A stretch of DNA of 64,000 nucleotides from Bacteroidia bacterium (GCA_965279035.1 OZ257142.1:2752001-2816000); one strand, 5' to 3'; counted from the stretch's first letter, positions 38,506 to 49,754 are shown. The notes: generated from the letters alone by a model not told the origin. Numbers and translations: made by a program.

Positions 38506-39229
38506 GAGGCATCGAGAAGTTTAAAAGGTCCGACATAGTATAAATGCCTTTTTTCTTTTGTAGAAATTCGGCAGCTCTAACTGCTCCAAGCGCAAATCCT
38601 TCGCGACTAAAAGCAGTATGAGTAATATTAATTTCATCAACACCAGAACGGTACACGATACTATGTGTCCCAGGAACATCATCGGTACGAATGGAGTGAA
38701 TAGGAAGATCTCCCATTTCGGGTGCTTCTTCAGAACGACGCCAGCTATCGTATGCCGGATGTTCGGCAATGATACCTTCGGCAAGCGTGATAGCAGTTCC
38801 ACTAGGTGCATCTTTTTTTCGGATATGATGAATCTCTTCCATCATCACCGTATAATCTTCCTGTGTAGCCATGAGTCGCGCAAGAAAGCGATTCATCTGG
38901 AAAAACATATTCACTCCAATGCTGAAATTAGTCGCATAAAATAAACTCTGTTTCATATCCAAACAGCGATTGCTTACTTCGTGCAAATGATCATACCAGC
39001 CAGTTGTTCCAGTAACAACGGGGATTTTATGCTCAAAACAGGTATAGATATTTTCGACCGCGGCTTCGGGTTGTGTAAACTCAATCGCCACATCGGCTTT
39101 ACTTAATTCCGATTTCCAATCATCATTACTGCTTTTATGGACACGTAAAACCACTTCATGACCACGAGCTTTGGCTGTTGCCTCAATGGCTTTTCCCATT
39201 CCTCCATATCCGATCAATGCTATTTTCAT
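38495..39229 (-). CDS. dapB: 4-hydroxy-tetrahydrodipicolinate reductase
   Basis: GYGGMG, GTTGW, EIHHIRKKDAPSGTA. Confidence 0.96.
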   Translation of the reverse strand: MKIALIGYGGMGKAIEATAKARGHEVVLRVHKSSNDDWKSELSKADVAIEFTQPEAAVENIYTCFEHKIPVVTGTTGWYDHLHEVSNRCLDMKQSLFYATNFSIGVNMFFQMNRFLARLMATQEDYTVMMEEIHHIRKKDAPSGTAITLAEGIIAEHPAYDSWRRSEEAPEMGDLPIHSIRTDDVPGTHSIVYRSGVDEINITHTAFSREGFALGAVRAAEFLQKKKGIYTMSDLLNFSMPHGL

Positions 39230-39231
39230 AT

Positions 39232-39876
39232 TCAGAAACGAAGTGTTAATCCTAAACCAGTAACTGGCATAGTTAAAATGGATGAATAAACGGGCTCGGG
39301 ACGAATGCGCATCGATAAATCATCGTTGATATTGAAATCAAAGAAATGAGCATCCACTGTAGCATCAATAATATTGATTGCATAAAGCAGGGAAATTCCA
39401 ACGATGGTTAAATCTCTGTTTCTATGATAAAACTCTTGAAGTTCGTTCAAATTCGAATCGGAATACTTAACTAAATCCAAATTCGCTTCTCCCTTTCCTT
39501 GTTGACGATGAATCAATTCCGTTTTAAATAATTTGAAGTTGCGTTGATTGAAGTTAAGTCCGTAAATCAGGGCGCCAGTTCCTGCTGCCAACACACCAAC
39601 TTTCCAATATTTCCGATTGTAAATTTGTCCCGCACCGGGAAGAACAGCCGATAACAAAGCTGCTTTTCTAGGAGAATGAACATGAACGGTATCGGCAGGC
39701 TTTTTCAGAGTGTCGCTTTGGGTAATTAGTATTGCTTGTGGTTGAATTATTACAGATGAATCTTTTTTTACTTCAAAATTCTGCTTCATACTGCCTTGAT
39801 TGTTTTGTGCAATGGCTTTAGAAACTGGCATTGCAAGTTCAAGTGTGATGAAAATAAGCAGAATACGAATCAACAT
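39232..39876 (-). CDS. DUF5683 family protein
   Basis: SPRKAALLSAVLPGAGQIYNRKYWK and NIIDATVDAH; conserved position between parB and dapB. Confidence 0.85.
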   Translation of the reverse strand: MLIRILLIFITLELAMPVSKAIAQNNQGSMKQNFEVKKDSSVIIQPQAILITQSDTLKKPADTVHVHSPRKAALLSAVLPGAGQIYNRKYWKVGVLAAGTGALIYGLNFNQRNFKLFKTELIHRQQGKGEANLDLVKYSDSNLNELQEFYHRNRDLTIVGISLLYAINIIDATVDAHFFDFNINDDLSMRIRPEPVYSSILTMPVTGLGLTLRF

Positions 39877-40769
39877 CAGGGGATGAGTTTGCTGAGTAGC
39901 TGAGCTAACTCTTCGGAAGAATTAAAACGAATATTTAATTGTCCCTTCCCTTCTTTATCTGTTTTAATATCCACCGGAACCGCCAATCGTTTATGCAAAC
40001 TGGCAATGGCTGCTTTCAATTCAACTGGCAATACCAATTTGGAAGAACGTGTAGCACCTGATTCCGGTTGTTTGTTCTTACGTGTGGCTTCTTCCACTTG
40101 TCGCACCGACATCTCGCTTGTCAATATTTGATTGAATAAGCTGAGTTGTTGTTTAGTATCTTCGATGGCAACAAGTGCGCGGGCATGCCCCATGCTGATT
40201 TTGCGTTCGCGAATTCCCAATTGAATTTCGGGTGGAAGTTTGAGTAAACGCAAATAATTCGCAACGGTAGAGCGTTTTTTAGCCACTTTCTCACTCACTT
40301 CTTCCTGAGTCAGTTTTACTTCTTCAATCAATCGTTGGTAAGCCAAAGCAATTTCGATTGAATCGAGTTCTTCGCGTTGAATGTTCTCCACCAAAGCCAT
40401 TTCCAACATTGCCTGATCATTGGCTATGCGTATGTAAGCTGGTATCGTGCGCAAGCCAGCCATTTGAGATGCCCGAAAACGACGTTCTCCACTAATGAGC
40501 TGGTATTTATCGTAGCCTAATTTCCGCACAGTAACAGGTTGAATCAAGCCCATTTCTTGAATCGACTCGGCTAGTTCGCGCAAAGCTTCTTCTTCAAAAT
40601 AGGTTCTTGGTTGAAACGGATTTGCTTCAATTTGATCAACCTGTAATTCTGAAATGGAACCAACCAAGCCCGACTCTGTTTGAGTAGCTCCTTTGGTAGT
40701 AATATCTGTATCGGGACTTGTGAGAAGTGCGCCTAAGCCTTTCCCCAAGGCATTCCGTTTATTATTCAT
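39876..40769 (-). CDS. parB: Chromosome partition protein ParB
   Basis: ALGKGLGALL, NPFQPR, GERRFRA, ENIQRE, HTH. Confidence 0.96.
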   Translation of the reverse strand: MNNKRNALGKGLGALLTSPDTDITTKGATQTESGLVGSISELQVDQIEANPFQPRTYFEEEALRELAESIQEMGLIQPVTVRKLGYDKYQLISGERRFRASQMAGLRTIPAYIRIANDQAMLEMALVENIQREELDSIEIALAYQRLIEEVKLTQEEVSEKVAKKRSTVANYLRLLKLPPEIQLGIRERKISMGHARALVAIEDTKQQLSLFNQILTSEMSVRQVEEATRKNKQPESGATRSSKLVLPVELKAAIASLHKRLAVPVDIKTDKEGKGQLNIRFNSSEELAQLLSKLIP

Positions 40770-40791
40770 AAAGCATTCGGGATTAAGCCCT

Positions 40792-41613
40792 TCAGTTTAA
40801 ATTTTCGTTCAATGGCTCAATCACCTTATCCGCATTCGAGATACGCGTTAAATCGTATTTCTGTAAAATTTCACGGGCCAAATTCAAATAATTGATTGCA
40901 CCCGACGAGCCTGCATCATGCATGATTACCGACAATCCAAAACTAGGTGCTTCACCTAATCGTGTATTACGCTGAATGATGGTATCGAAAACCATTTGCT
41001 GAAAATGCGTTTTCACCTCGTCAACCACCTGATTACTCAAGCGAAGTCGACTATCATACATCGTTAGCAAAATGCCTTCAATCTCCAATTCTGGATTCAA
41101 ACGCGATTGAACAATCTTAATGGTATTGAGCAATTTACCCAATCCTTCGAGTGCAAAATATTCGCATTGTACCGGAATGATTACAGAATCGGCAGCTGTT
41201 AATGAATTCACTGTGATCAATCCTAAGGAAGGAGAACAGTCGATGATGATGAATTCGTATTGGTCGCTAATCTTGTTGATTGCAGCGCGCATCATGTGTT
41301 CCCGATTGGGCAGATTAATCATTTCGATCTCCGCTCCTACCAAGTCGATATGTGCTGGAATCAAATCCAAATTCGGCGTGTTGGTGCTCAGGATGATGTC
41401 CTTGGGCTCCACTTCATTAATAATGCATTCGTAAATGCTCGTTTTAATATTGCGTGGGTCAAAACCAATTCCTGAGGTTGCGTTTGCCTGCGGATCTGCA
41501 TCGATCAACAAGGTTTTGTGTTCCAGAATTGCCAGACTGGCAGCCAGATTAATGGCAGTGGTCGTCTTTCCTACTCCTCCCTTCTGATTGGCGATTGCGA
41601 TTATTCGGGTCAT
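40792..41613 (-). CDS. parA: Chromosome partition ATPase ParA/Soj
   Basis: NQKGGVGKTTT, DADPQAN, DCSPSLG, QCEYFALEG. Confidence 0.96.
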   Translation of the reverse strand: MTRIIAIANQKGGVGKTTTAINLAASLAILEHKTLLIDADPQANATSGIGFDPRNIKTSIYECIINEVEPKDIILSTNTPNLDLIPAHIDLVGAEIEMINLPNREHMMRAAINKISDQYEFIIIDCSPSLGLITVNSLTAADSVIIPVQCEYFALEGLGKLLNTIKIVQSRLNPELEIEGILLTMYDSRLRLSNQVVDEVKTHFQQMVFDTIIQRNTRLGEAPSFGLSVIMHDAGSSGAINYLNLAREILQKYDLTRISNADKVIEPLNENLN

Positions 41614-41663
41614 GTGTTTAAGATTTCGTGTTCAGCGTGAATCCATTTCAGCTGAAAGCACGG

Positions 41664-41671
41664 CAAATATA
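41664..41671 (-). promoter_or_regulatory. -7 element TATATTTG of the parA operon
   Basis: Exact TAnnTTTG 50 nt upstream of the parA ATG. Confidence 0.65.
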
Positions 41672-41799
41672 GCGATTGATTAGCCTTAGAAAGACTAAAA
41701 TCATCAACATGGAATGGTTGGTAAGTGCGAGTTATTAACAGAAATAGGTAGAAATCTGCTCCCTTTTCAACAATTTCAAAGCAACTAAAGCTTCAACTC

Positions 41800-43146
41800 T
41801 TATGGCTTCTTAAAAAACTCAAACTGTTGTCCTGCTTGTTTTAAAGTAAACGAAAAATTTCCCGGCTTATCTTGAATTGCCTTGAAAATAATCACAATAC
41901 CGGCAGTTTCAAAACGAAATTCGGTATTGCTCATCGCTGTCAAGGGAAATTCACTTTGTCCCTTTGCTTGAGCGAAAAATTTCCCATTGCTTTCGCGAAT
42001 ATTGATATCCATAAGAAAGCCATTACATGCATATGTTCCAGGATAATTTTTGATTTCTTCTGGGGTAAAATACACCTCCGGAACTTTAAAATCCATCAAC
42101 TTATACGGGATGTTGTAATAGATACTTAATAAGCCAATCAAAATGTCATTCATCTCGAAATCGAGTCCGTTAAACGAACAGGCGAAACTGGTGCTATCGT
42201 CTGGAAAATAGGCTACAACTGATCTGAAATTATCGATTCCTCCAGTATGTCCAAATGCTTTTCTTTTTCCAAAAGGAATTTGAAAAATGCCTGATCCATA
42301 GCCATCATGAATTTCCAAAAGATGAGTTAATTCTTTTTGTGGAATGAGTTTTCCTTGCATCAAGGATTCAATAAAAATACAGAGTTCTTTGGGTGAAGAA
42401 GAGATAACACCTGCTCCTTGCGGAATACTCCAATCAGTTTCGGGAACAGCTTTCCATTCACTTCCATCAAATTCATACGACCGAGCTTCATTGGGACTTG
42501 TTCCTAAACTTTTGAAAGCATAGGTATGTCGCAAGCCTAAGGGTTTTACGATCTTGTCTTTTACTTGAGTTGCATAATCCGAACTACTCAGTTGTTCTAC
42601 AATATATCCTAACAATACAAAATTGCTGTTCGAATACGCATGCTTTGTTCCTGGTGAAAAATCAGGAGCATTCCCCCCAATGATTTCAAGCATTTCATCA
42701 TGTGTATGGAATTGAGTAAAGTAATTTCCATACGTTGAATCATCAGTAAAATTATGGATGCCGCTACTGTGATCCAATAAATTTGCAATCGTAACTCCTT
42801 GTATATTCTTGAGATCAGGAAAAAAAGTGCTGACTTTCGTCTCCAATTCCAAAGCGTGTTTTTCTAACATCTGGTGAATTAAAACCGAAGTAAACACCTT
42901 CGTTATTGAACCAATTCGAAAAGCAGTTGAATCGTTGTTCCGAACGTGAGCTCGTGCTTCTGTCCAACCAAACGCACGTTGATAGAGTACTTTCCCGTTT
43001 TTTTGAATGCACACAGAACCCATTGCTTTGTTCTTATTCTGCAACAAATCAAACAGGCTGTCGGCTTTGGCTTTATTAAAAGATTGAGCCTCACAAAAGC
43101 TAAAGTTCAGCAGCAAACACAACAGAAAAATCGAAAGTGATTTCAT
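41800..43146 (-). CDS. Serine hydrolase (beta-lactamase/PBP fold, S12) with C-terminal DUF3471-like domain
   Basis: FRIGSITK, YSN, GHTG motifs; signal peptide. Confidence 0.88.
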   Translation of the reverse strand: MKSLSIFLLCLLLNFSFCEAQSFNKAKADSLFDLLQNKNKAMGSVCIQKNGKVLYQRAFGWTEARAHVRNNDSTAFRIGSITKVFTSVLIHQMLEKHALELETKVSTFFPDLKNIQGVTIANLLDHSSGIHNFTDDSTYGNYFTQFHTHDEMLEIIGGNAPDFSPGTKHAYSNSNFVLLGYIVEQLSSSDYATQVKDKIVKPLGLRHTYAFKSLGTSPNEARSYEFDGSEWKAVPETDWSIPQGAGVISSSPKELCIFIESLMQGKLIPQKELTHLLEIHDGYGSGIFQIPFGKRKAFGHTGGIDNFRSVVAYFPDDSTSFACSFNGLDFEMNDILIGLLSIYYNIPYKLMDFKVPEVYFTPEEIKNYPGTYACNGFLMDINIRESNGKFFAQAKGQSEFPLTAMSNTEFRFETAGIVIIFKAIQDKPGNFSFTLKQAGQQFEFFKKP

Positions 43147-43196
43147 ACTCTTTATTGGTTCAATTCAAGAAAAAATCTACTAATACACAATCATTC

Positions 43197-44396
43197 TTAA
43201 AATGAATGACCCATTTTATCGCGTTTGGTATTGAGGTATTTCACATTGTGAATGTTTGCTTCAATCACAATGGGAACATTTTCCACAATCTCTAATCCGT
43301 AGCCAATTAATCCTGCACGTTTGGTTGGATTGTTTGTCATCAAGCGTAGTTTACTCACACCTAAATCGCGCAAAATCTGAGCTCCAACGCCGTAATCACG
43401 TTCATCCATTTTGAAACCAAGTTTGACATTGGCTTCAACCGTATCATATCCTTCTTCTTGTAGCTTGTATGCTTTGAGTTTATTCAATAAACCAATGCCT
43501 CGTCCTTCTTGATTCATATAGACTATGATGCCTTTTCCTTCTGCTTCAATCATATTCATGGCAGCATGCAATTGTGGGCCACATTCGCAACGGCATGACC
43601 CGAAAATATCTCCTGTCATACAGGAACTATGAACGCGAACTAAAACAGCTTCACCTGGATTAAAATCTCCTTTTACTAAGGCCAAATGCTGTTCTCCGGT
43701 ATTGGTTTGAGTATAAGCAACCATGCGGAAATCGCCATGTTCGGTTGGTAAATTAACTTCCACTTCGCGTTGAATCAAACTATCGTGCTCGAGTCGGTAT
43801 TTGATCAAATCTTCAATCGAAATGATTTTTAAATCGAGCTTCTGAGCCAATTCCAACAATTCAGGAAGTCGAGCCATTGTTCCATCTTCATTCATTATCT
43901 CAACCAAAACACCAGCAGGTTCGAAACCGGCTAATCGTGCAAGATCAACGGTTGCTTCGGTATGTCCAGCGCGACGAAGAACTCCTCCCGTTTTGGCACG
44001 GAGTGGAAAAATATGTCCCGGTCTTCCGAAATCTTCTGGTCGAATTTCAGGATCTACCAAGGCTTTCATGGTTTTTGAACGATCCGATGCGGAAATTCCA
44101 GTGGTACAGCCATGGCCAATCAAATCGACCGAAACGGTAAATGCAGTATCGTGTGATGACGTGTTTTGTGACACCATCATTTCGAGCTTCAGTTCTTTGC
44201 AACGCTCTTCGGTTAATGCGGCGCAGATCAATCCACGGCCTTGACTTGCCATAAAATTAATGACCTCAGGTGAAGCATTGCGTGCTGCTGTTAGAAAATC
44301 ACCTTCATTTTCTCTGTTCTCATCATCTACTACGATGATCACTTTACCCTGACGAATGGCGTCAATGGCTTCTTCTATAGTGTTCAGTTTCGACAT
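43197..44396 (-). CDS. ribBA: Bifunctional DHBP synthase / GTP cyclohydrolase II
   Basis: [41 protein letters not shown]. Confidence 0.97.
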   Translation of the reverse strand: MSKLNTIEEAIDAIRQGKVIIVVDDENRENEGDFLTAARNASPEVINFMASQGRGLICAALTEERCKELKLEMMVSQNTSSHDTAFTVSVDLIGHGCTTGISASDRSKTMKALVDPEIRPEDFGRPGHIFPLRAKTGGVLRRAGHTEATVDLARLAGFEPAGVLVEIMNEDGTMARLPELLELAQKLDLKIISIEDLIKYRLEHDSLIQREVEVNLPTEHGDFRMVAYTQTNTGEQHLALVKGDFNPGEAVLVRVHSSCMTGDIFGSCRCECGPQLHAAMNMIEAEGKGIIVYMNQEGRGIGLLNKLKAYKLQEEGYDTVEANVKLGFKMDERDYGVGAQILRDLGVSKLRLMTNNPTKRAGLIGYGLEIVENVPIVIEANIHNVKYLNTKRDKMGHSF

Positions 44397-44422
44397 ACGA
44401 TTTACCCTAAAAGGGATTTTAA

Positions 44423-45610
44423 TTAGACGATCAAATCTTTTACAGATGATCCGCTGATCAAACGATTCAAACGTTCGTTTTGTTTGGTCCAGCTAAATTC
44501 ATCTAACATGCGTTTTCGAGCGTTTTGACCAATCGTTAAAGCGAGTTCGGTATTGTTTAACAAATAGGCAATGGCTTCAGCAACTTTCTCGGGAGAATCG
44601 GCTATCCAAACATCTTTTCCATGCGTTGCTCCAATGGCGTTATTAGCTAAAGAACTTGTAATAACGGGCAATCCCATCGACATAGCTTCCAATATCTTAT
44701 TTTGCATCCCGATTCCAATTTGCATCGGGGCGACAAACAGACGCGTTTGCTGATAATAGCTTCGAAGATCATCAACCCAACCCGTTAATTGCAGATTTCG
44801 AGCGCTGAGTTGACGAAGTTCACGGGATGGATTTTTACCTGCTGCCACAAATTGAAGATGTGGAAATTCATTGGCAAGTAAAGGCAAGACCTTTTCAACC
44901 ATATAGATTATACAATTTACATTGGGCTCGTATTGCATATTGCCAGTAAAGAGCAAATCGAGCGTTCGTGCACGTGGTTCAGGTTTGTAATAATCGGTAT
45001 CTACTCCGTTCGGAATGATCTTTATTTCAGAATGATCGGGATGATCTATCAAAGCTGCATCTTGGGCCGAAATCATGGTTTTTACATCAAAATCTGCAAA
45101 GATTTCGGTTTCGTAGGCTTTCAATCGTTTCCCTTCGTTCGAAATCATCATGCGCTTCCACCAAACATCGTGAAGTAAGCGTCGTTCTAGTCCAATCGAG
45201 AATGCATCTTGGTAATCGAGCACTTTCTGACAATTTGAAAGCGGTCGAACAAATTCGGCCATGCGGGCTAACTGACAAATAACAGTATCAGGTTTTAGTT
45301 CGTTTGCCAAGAGTTGAAACGCGTTGATTGCATTTTTATCTGAAAAATAAGCAACTTGAAAGGGCGTTTTGCGACCGAAGTTGAAAAGTAATCGTTTATA
45401 AATCGACCACTTGTTCATTTGATAAACACGAACAGATGCAAATAGTGATTGGGCTTTTTTGAGAGATTCTGGTTTTACGACTTCGTCGGATAAGCAAAAA
45501 ACGTGAACTTCATGCTGAGTTGCAAGTCCAAGAAGCTGGTTCCAAGCACGGAGTTTATCCCCTTTATCGGTAGGAAATGGAAATCGAGATAGCGCAACTA
45601 AAATCTTCAA
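44423..45610 (-). CDS. Glycosyltransferase family 4
   Basis: [23 protein letters not shown]; TTG start overlapping the upstream TGA. Confidence 0.9.
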   Translation of the reverse strand: MKILVALSRFPFPTDKGDKLRAWNQLLGLATQHEVHVFCLSDEVVKPESLKKAQSLFASVRVYQMNKWSIYKRLLFNFGRKTPFQVAYFSDKNAINAFQLLANELKPDTVICQLARMAEFVRPLSNCQKVLDYQDAFSIGLERRLLHDVWWKRMMISNEGKRLKAYETEIFADFDVKTMISAQDAALIDHPDHSEIKIIPNGVDTDYYKPEPRARTLDLLFTGNMQYEPNVNCIIYMVEKVLPLLANEFPHLQFVAAGKNPSRELRQLSARNLQLTGWVDDLRSYYQQTRLFVAPMQIGIGMQNKILEAMSMGLPVITSSLANNAIGATHGKDVWIADSPEKVAEAIAYLLNNTELALTIGQNARKRMLDEFSWTKQNERLNRLISGSSVKDLIV

Positions 45611-46797
45611 ACCGGAGAACTGCTTTTTTCATAAAACTGAAGTAACTGTTTTGTCAGCACCTCAGATCTGAAATGTTCGTTGGCAAAGGTAATGGCATTT
45701 TCTGAAATGCGAATTGCTCGTTCAGGTGAAGCAATCAGTTCTTGCAGATGTCGCAGAAAATCAGTCGGTTTGTGAACAATGAGAATGTGTTTTCCATCAA
45801 CAGCAGGAATTCCTTCCAAACCAATTACGGTAGTTATAATTACTTTCCCTAAAGCTAAACCTTCGATTATCTTCACGCGAATGCCGCTACCACTCATTAA
45901 AGGAACAATCATAATTCCATGATCCTGCATAAATTCAACAGCATCAGTAGCTTGTTTAACTTCGATGTTTTGGGCTTGAAGGTGTTGAAACGAATCGGGC
46001 ATGTTTTTACCTGCTAGGATGAATTTCCAATCAGGTAAAGCTTGATGTATTTCAGGCCAAACAGATTGAATAAACCAATCGACACCTTCGATATTCGGCA
46101 ACCAATCCATGGCTCCTAAGTGAAACAGTTGTTTTGTGCTTAATAGTGAATCTGGCTTTGTTGGTTTCAAAGGGGTTGAAATGCCGATTACTTCAATAGG
46201 AACTTTCACTCCTGCATTTCGAAATTCAGCAGCATCAATTTCCGACATCACCACCAATCCATCACAGGCATTACACAAATCAATTTCTTCATTTCGTAAT
46301 CGATAGGAAAGTAAGTTCAAATAGGCTTTTTTCAATGGATTTCGACATTGATCTGCCATGCGTTTCCAAATCAAAAACTCAACGTTATGAGCTCGTAATA
46401 TGAGTGTTGCTTTACTCGCTTTTCGTAATTCCCTGATTCCAGTCAATGCATAAATACTTTCAGCTTGTATAACATCCACCGGATTTTTCTGAAGCCATTC
46501 TGTTTGAAGTCGCGTTCCTTCTAAGGTTTCGAATCGACTTAAATTATACGATTTGCTGCTGAATAGATTGAGTAATGCGTCCCAAGGTTTTATTCGGGTG
46601 TCAATAAAATGATGATGAACTTCAAATGGATAATCGGCTGGAATTCTTTCTGGAATAGGATGTTTCGGTGTTGAAATCATCCACTGGATAAGATCTACAT
46701 CGCTTTCTTTGAGTCCTTGAGCCAGATTGAGCATGGCAATTTTTCCACCGTCAAAAGGAGCAAACAAGGGTTTCGTGCAGAGTTGCAGCACTTTCAT
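45607..46797 (-). CDS. Glycosyltransferase family 4
   Basis: RAHNVE, GAMDWLPN, GSGIRVKIIEGLALG. Confidence 0.9.
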   Translation of the reverse strand: MKVLQLCTKPLFAPFDGGKIAMLNLAQGLKESDVDLIQWMISTPKHPIPERIPADYPFEVHHHFIDTRIKPWDALLNLFSSKSYNLSRFETLEGTRLQTEWLQKNPVDVIQAESIYALTGIRELRKASKATLILRAHNVEFLIWKRMADQCRNPLKKAYLNLLSYRLRNEEIDLCNACDGLVVMSEIDAAEFRNAGVKVPIEVIGISTPLKPTKPDSLLSTKQLFHLGAMDWLPNIEGVDWFIQSVWPEIHQALPDWKFILAGKNMPDSFQHLQAQNIEVKQATDAVEFMQDHGIMIVPLMSGSGIRVKIIEGLALGKVIITTVIGLEGIPAVDGKHILIVHKPTDFLRHLQELIASPERAIRISENAITFANEHFRSEVLTKQLLQFYEKSSSPV

Positions 46798-48449
46798 GCG
46801 AGCTTTTTACTAGAGAAAAAATTCCAACATTTTTTGAAAAATCGAACGTACACTTCTTTTTCAAACAATGCCGAATCGGTGGTTGCCTTGTAGCTTAAAA
46901 ATATCCCAACAGGTAATAAAACCGCCGAAGACAGCCACATTCCCCAAAATGCAGTTAATACACCTTCACGTGCTAATTTTTCTCCCGTTATAGATATCAT
47001 ATGATACAACACAAAGAAAATCAGTGAGAAAATTACCGGCATTCCTAAACCACCTTTGCGGACAATGGCGCCTAATGGTGCTCCAATGAGAAAGAGTATG
47101 ATACAAGCAAATGACAAAGTGAATTTCCGATGCCATTCGATGTCGTGGCGATTGATACGCTCTTGGTCTTGTGCAAAATTTTGTTCCGAATAATCAATGG
47201 TGCTTTTGTTCGCCCGAAGATTGTTCATGGCAGCTTCTAATATACGTTGCTGCTCGCTTCGACTAAAATTTTCGAGCACATGCGTTTTCGATTTGAGAGG
47301 AATGATTTTCTTAACGCGTTGATTGCTTGTTAAAAATCGAGTTCCATTACTATCCGATAATGACTTACCGAAATTAGTATCTGCTCTTCCGGTTGCCAAC
47401 AATCGAGCAGCCTCGGCACGCAATAATAATTTCCGTGCTGCACTATCAGCTTCTGGACTTGCAGTAATAACAGGCTTTACATTGCTTGAGTCGCGTTTTT
47501 TGAGCACTGGTTTTCCATCATCAGCCGACCATTTGGTAGAATAGGTTTTAGTTGAATCGAAAAAAGGACCGTGTAATAATACGCTTGGCAAATAACTTCG
47601 TTCTTTATTGAGCGCCCATCGTAAAGTATCGGCTGACAATTGAAGCTGAGTCAGATTTAACATCTGATAATTCCGTTTATATACGCTCTCATCCGTTTTC
47701 GTCATTTCAAAAATGGACAAGTCGAAACGAATTAAATCGGACTGAAAATTCTCACGCAGAAAAGGATAGCGTCCTTTTTTCTTTCTTCCAGGTTCGGCTT
47801 CGGTATAGGTATGTCCGTTGATGAGATTGAGTTCGAGGTAGCGTTTGTCGGTCGAAAGTCCCATTGTTCCTCGTTCGGCAATGATCACACGATCGTTTCC
47901 AATGCGGTTGGAATGATCGTAAATCATAATTTGTTCGAGCTGTTTTCCGTCGTTGCTTTTTTTCCCAATTCGGATGACGTAGTTCTGAATATCGCTATTG
48001 AAGATTCCTGGTTTAATGTTGAGTTCAGGCCGTTTATTGGAGATGTCCTGAAGGAGCGTTTTCATTTTGAGATTGGCTCTTGGGAGAATGCTATTGGAAA
48101 AATAGAAAGCCGAGATACTCAAGAATAAAGCGAAAACGAGCACAGAACGCATCGAACGTTGAAGCGAAATACCGGAAGATTTGAGGGCGGTTAATTCCAT
48201 GTATTCGCCCAGATTTCCAAAAGTCATGAGCGAGGAAAGCAGCACAGCCAAAGGCAATGCAAGCGAAATCATTGTTATGGCAACTAAACCGAGAAGCTTT
48301 AAAATAATGATCCATTCTAAGCCTTTACCAACCAAATCATCGACGTATTTCCAAACAAACTGCATGAGCAGAATGAAAAGCGCGATGAAGAAGGTCAGGA
48401 TAAACGGACCAAGATAAGATCGTAATACAAAGGTGTCGATTCGTTTCAA
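46794..48449 (-). CDS. lptF: LptF/LptG family LPS export permease
   Basis: GKGL, FGNLGE..ELTALKSSG, GAPLG..RKGG. Start set at TTG 48449 behind its own TATCTTTG promoter. Confidence 0.88.
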   Translation of the reverse strand: MKRIDTFVLRSYLGPFILTFFIALFILLMQFVWKYVDDLVGKGLEWIIILKLLGLVAITMISLALPLAVLLSSLMTFGNLGEYMELTALKSSGISLQRSMRSVLVFALFLSISAFYFSNSILPRANLKMKTLLQDISNKRPELNIKPGIFNSDIQNYVIRIGKKSNDGKQLEQIMIYDHSNRIGNDRVIIAERGTMGLSTDKRYLELNLINGHTYTEAEPGRKKKGRYPFLRENFQSDLIRFDLSIFEMTKTDESVYKRNYQMLNLTQLQLSADTLRWALNKERSYLPSVLLHGPFFDSTKTYSTKWSADDGKPVLKKRDSSNVKPVITASPEADSAARKLLLRAEAARLLATGRADTNFGKSLSDSNGTRFLTSNQRVKKIIPLKSKTHVLENFSRSEQQRILEAAMNNLRANKSTIDYSEQNFAQDQERINRHDIEWHRKFTLSFACIILFLIGAPLGAIVRKGGLGMPVIFSLIFFVLYHMISITGEKLAREGVLTAFWGMWLSSAVLLPVGIFLSYKATTDSALFEKEVYVRFFKKCWNFFSSKKLA

Positions 48450-48471
48450 GGATCGATTCGGAATCAGGGCA

Positions 48472-48479
48472 CAAAGATA
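48472..48479 (-). promoter_or_regulatory. Internal -7 element TATCTTTG for lptF-GT4-GT4-ribBA
   Basis: Exact consensus just downstream of the START-like gene stop. Confidence 0.6.
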
Positions 48480-48483
48480 TACA

Positions 48484-48867
48484 TCAAGAGCCAATCACCC
48501 GATGAAGTCGTTGCATTGCTGAATTCCAGCTTAATACAGTTTCGTCTTCATCGTCTTCTTCGCAGAAATCGGTAATCATCATGGCAGTTTCGCCAGTGAT
48601 ATCGTCCACTTCAATGCGAAATTCAAAATAAGTTTCATCGGGTTCGTCTAACCAATGGTACTTAACGAAAATATTTTCCTTAAAGCTGACCAGCTTTGCT
48701 TTTTGTTCCGAGTCCTTATTCCAAACAAATGTGTACACACTGCTACGAATATTGACATCGTCGCAAAACCATTCCGATAAGCCACTTGGCTCAGTTAGGA
48801 ATGAGAACAACACACCTGGAGATGATTTCAGAATGTATTCTATTTCTATTTTTTTATATCCTCCCAT
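48484..48867 (-). CDS. START-like (SRPBCC) domain protein
   Basis: PSGLSEWFCDDVN...YFEFRI...ITDF signature; usual neighbour of lptF in Bacteroidota. Confidence 0.85.
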   Translation of the reverse strand: MGGYKKIEIEYILKSSPGVLFSFLTEPSGLSEWFCDDVNIRSSVYTFVWNKDSEQKAKLVSFKENIFVKYHWLDEPDETYFEFRIEVDDITGETAMMITDFCEEDDEDETVLSWNSAMQRLHRVIGS

Positions 48868-49010
48868 TTGCAGGTATTGGATGATTAACTAGCGGATGCG
48901 ATTATACGAAAAGCAAGGTTGCCTGCAAATTATTTCATGTAAAAGTTTGAAACAGAATACAAGTAAGCCCGTTGATAAATTCCTCAAAAAAAGATTACTA
49001 ATTTCGCGGC

Positions 49011-49754
49011 ATGTTTAACGGGAAGAAAGTCGTGGTGGTTTTACCCGCCTACAATGCAGCATTAACGCTCGAAAAGACCTATAAAGAGATTCCTTTTGAG
49101 ATTGTTGATGAGGTGGTTTTAGTGGATGATCATAGTCGGGATAATACCTCCGACCTAGGCAAATCGCTTGGGATAAAACACATTATCCGTCACGAAAAAA
49201 ACAAAGGATACGGAGGAAATCAAAAAACCTGCTATGCCAAAGCGCTCGAATTAGATGCCGATGTGGTTGTAATGCTTCATCCCGACTATCAATATACTCC
49301 TTTACTCATCCATTCGATGGTTGCTTTGATCGCCAATGGACTTTACCCGGTGGTGTTTGGTTCTCGTATTTTAGGTAAAGGTGCGCTCAAGGGCGGAATG
49401 CCAATATATAAGTATATCGCCAATCGCTTTCTAACACTAAGTCAAAACCTGCTGATGAATCAAAAATTATCGGAATACCACACCGGTTTTCGCGCATTTT
49501 CGGGTGAGGTTTTACGAAGTTTGGACTTTACACACAACTCCGACGATTTTATTTTCGATAACGAAATGATTGCTCAGATTTTCATAAAGGGCAATGAAAT
49601 CGCTGAAATTACTTGTCCAACGAAGTATTTTGAAGAAGCTTCATCCATTAATTTCAAACGTTCCTCCATATATGGTCTTGGTGTATTGAATGTTTCCTTG
49701 AAGTACTTCCTGCATAAAGCTGGAATAATTCGCTGGAAAATTCTTTCTGCTTGA
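49011..49754 (+). CDS. Glycosyltransferase family 2 (polyprenol-phosphate sugar synthase-like)
   Basis: PAYNAA, LVDD.S.D, GYGGNQK, HPDYQY, GSR. Confidence 0.9.
   Translation: MFNGKKVVVVLPAYNAALTLEKTYKEIPFEIVDEVVLVDDHSRDNTSDLGKSLGIKHIIRHEKNKGYGGNQKTCYAKALELDADVVVMLHPDYQYTPLLIHSMVALIANGLYPVVFGSRILGKGALKGGMPIYKYIANRFLTLSQNLLMNQKLSEYHTGFRAFSGEVLRSLDFTHNSDDFIFDNEMIAQIFIKGNEIAEITCPTKYFEEASSINFKRSSIYGLGVLNVSLKYFLHKAGIIRWKILSA

Noticed and set aside
41698-41775. DnaA-box-like 9-mers (TCATCAACA, TTATTAACA, TTTTCAACA) upstream of parA as a possible oriC
   Set aside because: Only three degenerate matches in AT-rich DNA, a short spacer and no dnaA in the window; insufficient evidence
39876-41800. parS site near parAB
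   Set aside because: No TGTTCCACGTGGAACA-like palindrome was seen by eye
41800-43146. Beta-lactamase resistance gene
   Set aside because: SxxK/YSN/HTG motifs plus the C-terminal extension fit the generic S12 serine hydrolase/peptidase family rather than a class C beta-lactamase (KTG)
48868-49010. tRNA upstream of the START-like gene, as I recall from some relatives
   Set aside because: No cloverleaf or T-loop GTTCGA motif is present
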